Positions 28,501-39,281 are shown, counted from the stretch's first letter. The stretch: 64,000 nt of DNA from Balanoglossus misakiensis (GCA_040954595.2 CM082598.2:2418001-2482000), one strand, 5' to 3'. Notes: a model not told the origin generated them from the sequence alone. Numbers and translations are program-made.

Positions 28501-31500
28501 GCACGGATGTATTATAAGTATGTCATTCATCACGCCCACATCAACTTTAGGTCCAATTGCCACAGTGGGCAATATTCATTCCTTCCAGTACAAAACCATT
28601 TAAAAAGGAAACTCCCCAAGCAATGAATTGTTAGTAAGCCTTGTCAGATCTCTGTACATGGCAACAATAACACACTGCACTTAGTAGGAAAGTTGATTTC
28701 AGGCAGGTTGGTTCTTCTTGGCCAATTAAGCTACTCTGAAAACCGACGTGGGCACATTGTTGCATTATATACATCATGAAATTTTCGCCCACATACAGCC
28801 TTATACACATATACTCTGTAGCCTAACGTTAGTCATTATTTCATTTGGATGCTATACCATTTGTTCCATGACAAGCAATTCCTAAAATATCGACCATCAT
28901 CGTGACCTGTTGGCCTCATTAAACAATTTATTAGATTGGACTGCTCAGATTGTGTTCGCACAATGATATATTACCCATTTAGACATTCGTGTCGGATTTC
29001 CGATTTTGAGATGAGGAATGGTTCATCTTGACTTTCTGATGCGATAGATATGCACACTATATATAGATCTAGATTATCACCTTTGTGGTTTATATTTTGT
29101 CGATGTACGGTAGTGTGTAAAATGATTAAAGGGCCTGGACTTTTTGCATTTATTTGCAAGTAAAATCCAAATCAGGGTCTGTCATGAATTAGAGCAAACC
29201 TAACTGAATTATAACATTGTCAGTTCAAACTTGTAGTTATATGCCAAACTTTACATAAAAGGAAATATGAGAAGTCGGTTATCTTGAACCTGCTGCGAAC
29301 CATGTCTTGAAGAGTTGAGCATGGATTCTAAGTTGACAAATAGCTAAAAACGGCGACAAAATGACTTCTTTAAAATCCCTCTTGTCACACTGAAAGTTCA
29401 AAACCTTGACCCTGACCTCCACTGCACTCTTGAGTCTTGCAAGGAAATTAACCGAAATCTACATGGTCAATGTGAAGTTGATTGATTGATTGTGTAAATT
29501 ATCCTCTCTTGATTTGATGTGAGCAAACTTTGATTGTGTGCTAATCTGTCATTTCGGACAGTGACGTTACATTCGTCTCGACGTTGTTGTGTACTTTGGG
29601 TGTCATTAGTTTGCGTGTGTTGGGCATAAACAACTAGTTGATTGAATAAAATGAATTTAGAATGAATTGACACAAGGCCTAGATAGAGTCTGTGGGAAAA
29701 TGACTGTTGCAGACACAAAAAACTGCATTACGGAAGCACGTACACTCGCAGTCACTGATGACATGACAAAAAATTGGATATTAAGTGATAACATTAGCTA
29801 AAGTTCATGGTACTCAAATGATGACGTCATGCATACATGTGCAATATGCTTTGTACAACATCATGGTCCGTGTTTCAGTTTGTTGACGTTTGCTCAGGGC
29901 TTCCAAAGCAATACTTAGTTTCGACAAGAAAATTACTACTGCACTTTAGGGATAGCTTACGTTACACAGTTAATTACAAGAGATTTAAAAACATAATGGG
30001 TATTCGTAAAATACTTGCCCTTTCCCAGAACCAGACTACTCGCTCAAGATCTCGCTTAAGATCTAAAAATCTTTCCAGTCAGATTACAGACACCAAAGCA
30101 ATGCAGTGTAAGTAATCGTGATTTTCATTTCTATTTAGTCGCTACTAAAGCATGCTAAACGAATCAAATGTCATCGATCTGTCTCCTTTCTCCACAAATC
30201 AAATTTCCTCCACGTATCCCAAATTTATTCTCATGCATCCTTTTTCCGAGTGGAGAGCCACTATCGATCGACTTAGAGTAGGCTGATGTCTAAATACGAT
30301 GAACACTGCATTCCCAATAGGAATGACTTCAAAATGTAGTACTGTACGGGGAGATTAAACCAGTCAGATCGTTTCTTCATCTGGTATACGATAACAATTC
30401 TCCTCCATTACTCAAAACATTACTATACTGGAGCATAAAATATATTTTACATATAATTCAGTACCTACGGGCACATGAATCAATAAATGGTTTTGACACA
30501 GATACAGCTTATAATTACCAATAATAAGATAATTGTCATTTGAAACGTTTCGCTTTTGGGATACCTGTAGTCTAATGTAATATGAATCACTTATCATAAA
30601 GAGCAACTTTATTGCGATTTTTTGAATATAATGTTGTTTCTATCTCTCGCTTTGTTGCTCCATAAAATCTATTTTGGGTAATATTTATATCGTATGATCA
30701 AATTCACAATAATTTAATAATGAGTTATGTCGGTCGCAGTCATAAATGCCTATCTAAAATATTTATCCCGGTGGCTCAGGCTTGTGATTTGGACTGAAAG
30801 GTCTGTGTTTTGGGAAGCTGCCCTCCTTCTCCAACATTTGCAATTAAAGGACTAATTTCGTTTGGATTTGCGCAAGTCATGTACATACAGCTGAACATGC
30901 AGGTCTGGTGAACAGGCAGTTTGACCTCCGGGAATAATCACTGCGTCCGTGGATATCGTTTACCCATCTTCTTCTGTTCCGGGCTGTTTAAATGACCCCT
31001 ACTGATGTCTGGGCATTATGTAATTTTGTCAATTTTAATACAATGGATGGCCAAAGCTAATGTAAATGGCAGAATATCTTGTTTTACGTTATTTAGCCAT
31101 GATGTACATATCTAGAAAGACCTTCTTTAGTTGTATACTATAGCGCTACTGTTCAGTGGAGTGCACTATCACACATATATTCAAAATCAGTTTTCGAATT
31201 GGACTCAAGTCTTCTTATCTTCATTCAATATGATTTGATGTGGCTTGTTTCATAACGCCACAACTGTACAATGACAGTCACGCTATAACTCCTAAATTGT
31301 CTTTCTTCGTTCTGTTTCACACAGTGATGACAGCGAGTTTGAAGGTTACCCTAGAATACATCTCGCCGGACTAAACCTCAACATTTTCGCCAATGGGATA
31401 GTGTTGAAGGTCTCTCCAGGCATCCTCAGGACGCCCTGCATAATGGACATCACGTACTTCCCAGTCGACGAACAGGTATGCGACTTCGAGTTCGGCCAGT

Positions 31501-32669
31501 GGGCCTACCTGGACAGCCAAGTCCGGCTGCACACTGGACAGGACAACGCGACTCTCGAGAACTACCTCCCGAACGTGGAGTGGGATATCACCAATTCCAA
31601 TGCGACCGCCATTGCAAAGATTTTCCAAGGCGTCGATGACACATTCACGACGATTCTAATCAATATGTACATACGGCGAAAACCGCTTTATTACATCGTG
31701 AACCTCATCCTTCCATGCGTCGTGGTCTCTCTTCTGACCGTCGTTGTATTCTGTCTTCCTTCGATGTCATCGGACAAAGTCAGTCTCAGCATATCTCTTC
31801 TCCTGACCATCTATGTCTTCAACATCTTGGTGATCGATCTGCTACCGGCTACTTCCTTAGAGTTACCACTGGTCACTGTTTATCTCATCTTCAGCATGGG
31901 GCTAATCGGATTCTCCGTCGCACTGACCACGCTTGTGTCTCGGATATACAGCAAGGGTGAGGCGGCCAAGCCGGTCCCAGGCTGGGCCAGGGCTATTTTC
32001 CTCGGGAGGCTGGCTAAAGTGCTACTGGTGAAAGTCAGGGGCCACCGCCCTCCCAAGAACACAGACGCCTACCGGGCGCTGAATTCCGAGGAGATCGCCA
32101 TCAGTGAAACCATCTTCCTTCGCTCGAACCAGCGGAAGAAGACCGACAAGGAGCAATACGAGATGAACAGCTGGACACAGCTGGATATTACAAGCAACTC
32201 CAAGACATACAACGGAGGCTGCCTTGCCAAAAAGCGACCCAAATTCGTCGCAAATTCGTTGAATAGGAACAAGAAAAAGAAAGCGGTCAAAGTTTTCTTC
32301 ATATGTGAGAGGACTAATCAGCGAATACTTCATAATTTGGATAAGTTAGTAAAACATACAGAGACACTTATTAGACACGTTGTACCTGATAAGAAGTCAA
32401 AACAGGCAAGTGCTGTATGTTTGTAAATGTATGTATGTATGTATGTAATCTTTCTGCGTCAACGAAAAAATTAACAAAATACTTTTGTAGAGAGAGCTGT
32501 ATGTCCAAAATGCATCGCATTACTTAAATGTTCTATTTTTTTATTTCTTTATCTTTAGAATCATGATGATTGGGTTGCCTTGGCAACTGTGGTTGACCGT
32601 ATCCTCCTCGTCCTTTTTCTAATCGTCGGAGTCGGTGGCGCCAGTCTGATTTTGCCAAACATCACATGA
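602..32669 (+). CDS. Gene A: divergent nAChR-like (non-alpha) Cys-loop channel subunit, 6 exons, ~518 aa
   Basis: Exons 602-659 (tentative), 12998-13149, 19225-19269, 24391-24500, 31325-32405, 32559-32669. Phases 1/0/0/2/0 join in frame (1557 nt). Cys-loop CIMDITYFPVDEQVC, RRKPLYY pre-M1, M1-M4 present. Confidence 0.9.
925..1089. repeat. Minisatellite, ~3 degenerate copies of a 56-57 bp unit
   Basis: TTCAGTCTATTT...CAGA..AAAGCTTGTGTTCAT...GCTAA recurs at 925, 982 and 1038. Confidence 0.85.
2703..2776. repeat. Degenerate pentanucleotide repeat (ACTAC/ACATT/ACACC)
   Basis: actacactacacattacattacactacact...cacaccacaccac. Confidence 0.6.
3346..3461. repeat. (TATG)n microsatellite
   Basis: Direct reading; one TTTG interruption. 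Confidence 0.97.
12998..13149 (+). CDS. Gene A exon 2 (SQAQGLSAEDLLLRELFQNRNYSTRTRPVLNVTQSVAVSFWMSITQLIDV)
   Basis: tccacAG acceptor and GTATGT donor. nAChR N-terminal helix, RPV and QLIDV motifs. Confidence 0.92.
16465..16530. mobile_element. Possible TTAA/CCCTT-ended MITE remnant
   Basis: TTAACCCTTTCAC start, also seen as TAACCCTTTCAC at 47120. Resembles a piggyBac-type terminus, but no matching right end was found. Confidence 0.3.
19225..19269 (+). CDS. Gene A exon 3 (DEKSQIITTNVWIYQ)
   Basis: 45-nt exon, ttgcAG / GTGAGT. Loop D Trp present. Confidence 0.93.
19516..19596. repeat. (GATA)n microsatellite
   Basis: Direct reading, in gene A intron 3. Confidence 0.97.
24391..24500 (+). CDS. 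Gene A exon 4 (EWNDSRLTWDPAKYDGLQTIAVPASDVWTPDTSLLN)
   Basis: 110-nt exon, ctcgtAG / GTAAGC, WxD..L.W and WxPD motifs. Not captured by the ORF track. Confidence 0.93.
31325..32405 (+). CDS. Gene A exon 5 (Cys-loop, loops B/C, M1-M3, intracellular loop)
   Basis: cacacAG acceptor, overlaps the 341-aa ORF. Donor is probably CAG|GCAAGT (alternative GCT|GTATGT at 32414). Confidence 0.92.
32559..32669 (+). CDS. Gene A exon 6 (M4: NHDDWVALATVVDRILLVLFLIVGVGGASLILPNIT*)
   Basis: Polypyrimidine tract + AG, W...A.VVDR motif, TGA stop. Confidence 0.93.
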   Translation, partial: NHDDWVALATVVDRILLVLFLIVGVGGASLILPNIT

Positions 32670-32766
32670 TTATACAAGATTACCACGGAAGCATCAGCAT
32701 TACGTCACTCTTCATGTTACATCTTTGTAGTATTATATAGGACAAAAAATCCAAAAGTACTGTATA

Positions 32767-32772
32767 AATAAA
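32767..32772 (+). terminator. Candidate polyadenylation signal of gene A
   Basis: AATAAA ~100 nt after the stop codon. Confidence 0.4.
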
Positions 32773-35747
32773 CAGTCAAAAGGGTGACAAGTAAAGCCCT
32801 TGGAAGTTTTTTTTTGTGGAAACCATGGTGATGACTATAAAAATTAATATATGGAATACAATAATGGACATTACTGCACGTCGACTATCACCGCTACATT
32901 TAATTTATGAATTGTGATCACCATTAAACACAGAGGAATGCATTTGGGGATCGACCCATGATATTCACCACTACGCATGCGCTCTTGTGAAATAATAGAC
33001 GCCAAGGGAAGAAAATAACGAGCTGCGAAATGGTGTTATCAAGACACTGAAACAACTGATATCACTTGGACACGATGCTGACGCGCGCCAATATGACTGT
33101 TTCAGCACTCTCCCAGTTCAAGATGAGCAAATTCCAGTAATGGGGACAAGACCCAAGGGATCCAATTTGTCATCAAGTTGTCCAGAAAACCCAGTGCAAG
33201 GTGCTTTGAAGATAAAAGTAGTGAATCTATATCACATGCGTCATGTGGTGGCTATACATTGCATCATCGTGGACACTTTACTTTTTGCTACAACATTTAC
33301 GGTTATTTTTTACAATGCACCTATAGGAGATCGATTTTTTACTATAACTCTATTGATTTCCTTCACAACATCAGCTCTGTCCATTGCTTTAAGACTTCAT
33401 TTTGAACCACCAATTACCACCACTTACTTATCTTTCCCTTACTGGAAGCAAAATACAGAAGAGGACAATTCAGCCTATGCCTATGTACTTTCAATCAAGT
33501 TTACTTATCTTATGAATTTCCTGCACAAACGCATTTCATCCTTTTAATTCTGGAAGAATGTTCATCCTTCATTTATCTGACCACAAATATAACTTTTAAA
33601 TATTCATAATATTCAAGTCAGTACTACGCATTTTATGTTTCTTTTAAAAAGTAGCATCCCAGGGAAATTTAAAGAATGATACCCAAATGGTGTTACAATA
33701 CACCCCATATTGTGCGTATGGCGGCCATGTTCTAATCGATGGTTGTGATGTATATTACAAGCTCTATGTAGAATTTTAAATGCACCTTGAATCTGCATGC
33801 TCAATCACACGTAATTCCGGCATAAATCACATTTTAAGGTGACAATATATGTTTTAAACTTGTGTGTTATATTTGCTTCAAGGCAGTTTTCCAATGGCGC
33901 CAGCAGACAGACATCGATATGCATCAGGCTGTCATGAACGTGATCGATGAAAAAGGTCAAAGGTCAAGTGATGACAAACTGCAACATTTTTTTTACAATG
34001 CAGCAAAGACTCTGCAACACAAGATTTTGATCAAGTGTCAAATAACTAATACGGATGAGAAAAAGAGACTCTCCAGGAATTTTGACTTGTTTAGCGAATT
34101 TATTTATTTTGATATTTCATCTAAATTTTTGCTCTAGGAAAGTTTTTTAGTGTGTAATGAATTTATTTTAATTTCCCTGTCAAGAATTAAACTATTATTG
34201 AGAGATGGTGTCAGATTTGCAGCTAACCTGCTCTCAGCATCTTTTATGATATAACAATTGTGATTTGCTTGACCACAATATAACACTTCAGTACATCGAT
34301 GCTCATTTTCACCTTCGAACAATCACAAGCCATTTTATGTAAAACTGCACATGCTTTTCCATGTGCAACTCATATATTGCCAATCAAAAGACAAGTGTCC
34401 CCAGGCCCCATAATATACTTTTCTCGCCCTGATAAGTCAAACTGCCTTTTTCGTATACTTTCAATCGTAGTCTAGTGCAAACAAATTACTAAGTAATTTT
34501 TAACGGAAAATATGACATAATTGGTAATAACAGTAATAATATTTCAAAAATACGTACTTAGCATGTTTGAAAACATAGTCCAGTATTGTAATGTATCATT
34601 AAAACATTGATTTCTGATAAATCAAGTGAATAAAATATTCACGATAATGTCATTTCTTGTATGTGTCTCGTATGATTTATACTCTTTACTTTACAGCCAC
34701 TCGGGGCATCACTGTCTGCCTGCACAGATGTATTCCATTTCAAAAACCGATTTCTGAGCCGGAAAATATACCATATCATGAAAATGAAGTCAAGATGCCT
34801 TTACCTCTATTTCAGAAATGTCAACATCTAGCAAATTAATTTGATGCCATCTCCTCTTGCGGAAATCACAGACACTGTTATTCCTCAGTGGCTCGTGCAC
34901 GGCGAACATGTCTAAATTGGACTTTCATCCGACGAAATACAAATGGTACTGAACTGCGTTGACGGCGTAGTGGCAGAGGAAATGTGTTATTATTTTACTT
35001 GATTAAATGACATTTCCAAACGACCGGGCACAATGCCCCAAATCTAGCCATAGACTGTAAAATGTGTGCTTGTTTGCATTCTGCGAAAATCACAGCTAAT
35101 CTGTCCCTATTTCTCACCACACATTGACAAATGATGCTATAAATTACAGTAGCTTACTTTATCACCATTGTGTACTTCCACAAAAAGAAAATTGACAAAT
35201 TTTCTAGCAACGATTATATTAATGTCTGTAATTGTTCATGGAAACTAGTTATATTGTTGACTGACATGACGATAACTATCTTTATACACGCACAATATAA
35301 CTTTAAGTACATGTATACATTTACTCAGTGCTTATGGGTTTGGACATTTGCATGATCTTATGTTTTCTCATTAACCCCATTACTAGATTATATTAACTTA
35401 CTAGTTTTACGCATTTTGCAAAGTACATTCGTCCGAAGAAAACCTCGACGAAGAGGGCGCTATCGATAAAACTGACTATAAGTATGGCCCTATACGATCA
35501 CACCAATCTGGACTTGCTGACTGCATTTGTGTTAACATTTACAAGTTGACTTGCCTTGAGCAGGTCTAGCTCCTAGATCAGCCCTCAGCCATTATAGTTG
35601 TCACAAATTACCCTTGATCGACACTTACCAGAAACCCAACAATCTAATTTTCCTGACTTGTTGTAATTCCAGCATCACCACGGTTTCTTCAGTCCAATGG
35701 AAGCTTCGCACTCTTGTATGTGCCTTATGTTAATGTGTGCAGAGCAA

Positions 35748-35790
35748 TTTTGAATGCAACAAAACTTTAAAAGTTTTGGTGCATTCAAAA
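35748..35790. repeat. 43-bp near-perfect palindrome
   Basis: TTTTGAATGCAACAAAACTTT-A-AAAGTTTTGGTGCATTCAAAA; 21-bp arms with 1 mismatch. Confidence 0.9.
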
Positions 35791-36575
35791 CCACCAGGAT
35801 GGGGGTTGAGGGGCTCAAGATAAATGCCTGTGACTTACTTTGGTGTTCTTGTGTCTTTTCTCCATGAGTTCTCTGGGCAACCATTCTGTTTCCATGCTGT
35901 AACCATGCTACATCTATTCTTTGTTCTGGTCAATGACATTGCAGCTGCTGTCCACGTCGACTTGTCATCCCAAAAACCTAAAAATGAGTAAACAATCAAA
36001 GTCACAAACCATGCATGCTCATATTTCACTCAACATTAGATTACAAAGTAGAGATCACTGTGCACAATTTTGAATAACATGTAAAATTGTCTCGTATTGG
36101 AAAATTAAAAATGGCTGCAATCTCAGTGTTAACTCCAGGAAAGAAAATAAAAGTCTCCAGTAATTTTCATGAAAACAAGATAGTGAACAACCTGTTTTCG
36201 TTAAAAAGACAACTCATCACACACTTTAATACGTCAAATAATTGAAATGTTAATTGAACTATCTCTGAAATCAGTTTGCGAGGGGCGTACTAGCCTAAAG
36301 ACCCACAAGTTATGCACGGCATTTATGGAATTTCACATCCGTGCATGTCTGTTCTGTATGTGACATTTAAAGGCTATCATTGGCTTATGCCCGAGGTTGC
36401 AATTGGGGGCCCAGGGTGTTTTCCCCTGGGTTAGGGACACAATCAATCTTGGCGTCACCTATACACCCCGGGTTTTGCCAGGTGCAGAGAGACAATACAG
36501 GCAACAGGCCCACCAGTCCTAACATCGACACGTCTTGTAAAGATTGGATCTCCGGAGCAGCGTATCAACTGTGCG

Positions 36576-36705
36576 ATGGCGCAGTTGCAACAACTTCCAC
36601 TCGTGAGTGGAATTCCATATGCGTCTACTTTACTTGTCGGGCATAATGCAGCATTAGCAGCAATGATAAGTATTCTAGTGTTAACGTCAGTGCCACTCGG
36701 ATGGG
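36576..36705 (+). CDS. Gene B exon 1 (signal peptide ...AALAAMISILVLTSVPLGW)
   Basis: ATG 36576 (alternative ATG 36663), hydrophobic stretch, phase-1 donor G|GTGAGT. Confidence 0.78.
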
Positions 36706-39281
36706 GTGAGTTAACACCACTCTATCTGTATATCCATGGGTCAGACAGACATCTGACAAAAAATAAGGATTGTGGATTTAGGTCACTATTCACACAGACA
36801 TCTGATACAAAAAGTGGATTGTGGATTAATTATTATCAAAGTTTATGGTATTATGGGGAGTATGTTTACTCGACCAAATGTCATGTACCAGGGTATATGA
36901 AAGACCTTCGGCAGATCCATTACTGTATGCACTACACGCAACAGTTTCACACAAGATCATTGACTTTCATTTAATAGATTCTAACCCAGACTAAGTACTT
37001 TATAAGTGAAAACGCAATAAAACATAGCATTGATTTGCTTCCCTTTATTAAGAATGTTTACTGTTGATGTTGTGTGTCTGTTTTAGGGTTAATAATGCCA
37101 GGAGAGAAGGAATTACTCGACCATCTATTTACAAATTATACCACACTCGCTCGTCCGGTTGAGAACATAAACGAAAGTATCGATGTTTGGTTTAGCGTAT
37201 CCATAACACAGCTTATAGACGTTGTAAGTATTAATCAATCACAATATTTCTTAACTTCTGTACCATGTCAAACATCATAGATAACTTTCTCATATCAAAC
37301 AAAACTGTGACCCAAAAACAAGTCAAAAGATGGCATGTCATCCCTATAAGATGTATCACACGCTCACACTTATATGTTTTAGGATGAAAAATCACAACTC
37401 ATCACAACCAGCACATGGTTATATCAGGTAAGTCAGAATTTGTCGATCACAGGGATGGCATTCTAACCAGCAAGATTCCACCAACAATTATCATACCACA
37501 GGAAGCCTTAACCTTCCAACTAAAGTTATTACCTAATTGTCACAGTTACGTACTAAAATTAATGCAAAGTGAATACTTATTTAGAGGTTACAAAGTGGTT
37601 TTAGGGGTACAGAGAATATGTTTCAAGAGAATAGTTATATTAAGAAAAGTATGACAAACCAGCATTTCCCCTATATTTTTAGGAGTGGTTTGACCCAAAC
37701 CTGGTGTGGAAAAGGGATGACTACAATGGAATTAAGAGATTAGTACTTCCAGCCACGAAGATCTGGAACCCAGATACATCTTTACTGAACACGTAATGTT
37801 CTTTTCTGTGTATTTTCTGGTTGGCTTTTTACTAGCCAATTTATGCCATATATTATTCGAAGCTTAGTGATAACATTTTTTCTGGTGGTCAAGTTGGTTT
37901 CCTGATCTTTAATTATTTTTCTTTTCCAGAGATGACAGCAGTTCCGAATTTTTTCCTCGCGCTCACAGAGACAATCTTAACGTCAGGATTTCCAATGATG
38001 GCAACATACACAAGGTAGTACCCATGGTGTTGCACACCCCATGCATAATGAATATCCGGTACTTCCCAGTCGACGAGCAGTCCTGTTCCTTCGAGTTTGG
38101 CTTATGGACATACTCCGATTCCATGGTTCGTCTGAGAGCCGCGAAGGACTTTATCACTTTAGAGAACTACATCTTTAATGTGGAATGGGACATTACCAAC
38201 TCCGACATTGTCGAGGAGACAAAGCATTTTATTGGAGATAACGACACATTCACTTCTATCATTGCTACGTTTACCATGAAGAGGAAACCTCTGTACTATG
38301 TTGTTAATCTTATTATTCCGTGCCTGGTGGTAGCCGTATTAACAGTCTTCATATTCTTCCTACCATCAAATTCATCGGAAAAGATAGCCTTAAGTGTATC
38401 CCTCCTACTGACTATATACGTCTTCAATCTGCTAGTCAGTGATCTCCTTCCAACGACGTCATCCTACATGCCACTTTTGACTGAGTACTTGCTATTCGAC
38501 ATGCTTCTCATTGGTATTTCAGTGGCACTCTCGATCTTCACCACTGGCCTCTACAGAAAGGCTGATAGTGATACGTCGCTGTCGCGTGTTCCCTTCTGGA
38601 TACGGAGACTACTGCTAGGCACAGTTGCCGACGTCTTGCTTGCCAGGAGAAAGTTCTGCGGCAAGGACCAGAGTGATGATATTCACCACAAGTGTGGACA
38701 TAGTTTCGTCGATGATACCAACATTGCTCTGAAGTTTCGGAACCAGTCGACCAGTAAGAGTGATACAACTACATCCAGAAAGAGTGGCATCCAAAAGCAA
38801 AAGACCACTGTGCCGGACTTGTCCAGAGGATTGCAACCTCTGCAGAGATGTCCCAGGAAACGTAAAACCGGAGAAAAGCATCATAGACGGGTGATTCATA
38901 GACTGGACAGGATCACACGCTATATCAAGGAATTACGTGATATCTGTTCGCCAAATTGTCCAATTGATGAGGTAAATGTAAATAATAATTAAAAGGCCTA
39001 TAAAGGATAGTACACTTAATTTCTGGTGTTATTGAAACTATTTTGCAACCTTGTTTTTCTATAAAGTATTGGGTTGGCCGTGTATATTTGCTTTGGGGAG
39101 ATTCTTGGCCATCAGTTGGTTTATCCAGGCTCTATACACTGAAACAGAGCTATTCTTTACTTGATTTCAGATTCAAGAAGAATGGTTGATGCTGGCAATG
39201 GTGGTTGATCGGATTTGTCTTCTAGCATTCGTCATAGCGAGTCTAACAGGCACTGTGATTATGTTGCCTCACATAATGTGA
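36576..39281 (+). CDS. Gene B: divergent nAChR-like (non-alpha) subunit, 6 exons, ~524 aa
   Basis: Exons 36576-36705, 37087-37223, 37383-37427, 37683-37792, 37930-38971, 39171-39281. All introns GT-AG and in frame (1575 nt). Cys-loop CIMNIRYFPVDEQSC, M2 SEKIALSVSLLLTIYVFNLLVSD. Confidence 0.93.
37087..37223 (+). CDS. Gene B exon 2
   Basis: ttttAG / GTAAGT; encodes EKELLDHLFTNYTTLARPVEN...TQLIDV. Confidence 0.92.
37383..37427 (+). CDS. Gene B exon 3 (DEKSQLITTSTWLYQ)
   Basis: 45 nt, AG / GTAAGT. Confidence 0.92.
37683..37792 (+). CDS. Gene B exon 4 (EWFDPNLVW...KIWNPDTSLLN)
   Basis: 110 nt, AG / GTAATG. Confidence 0.92.
37930..38971 (+). CDS. Gene B exon 5 (Cys-loop to intracellular loop)
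   Basis: cttttccAG / GAG|GTAAAT; overlaps the 322-aa ORF. Confidence 0.93.
39171..39281 (+). CDS. Gene B exon 6 (M4: IQEEWLMLAMVVDRICLLAFVIASLTGTVIMLPHIM*)
   Basis: tttcAG acceptor, VVDR motif, TGA stop. AATAAA at 39381. Confidence 0.93.
   Translation: MQEEWLMLAMVVDRICLLAFVIASLTGTVIMLPHIM

Noticed and set aside
31371-32333. Antisense and alternative-frame ORFs over exon 5 (also 38538-38899, 43656-44708, 48558-49042)
   Set aside because: Shadow ORFs of GC-richer coding exons with no recognisable domains.
31401-32426. The four long ORFs as intronless or M4-less truncated receptors
   Set aside because: Each is exon 5 read through into intron. Proper upstream exons and an M4 exon with matching phases exist for all four.
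33374-33395. REST/NRSE-like half site (minus strand ATGGACAGAGCT)
   Set aside because: The left half TTCAGCACC is not matched.
33140-33547. 135-aa hydrophobic ORF downstream of gene A
   Set aside because: T-rich low-complexity composition, no family motif, no convincing splice context.
36080-36300. Degenerate MITE-like stretch (AAAATGGCTGC...GTGTTAACTC)
   Set aside because: Looks repeat-like, but no second copy or paired termini can be shown within the window.
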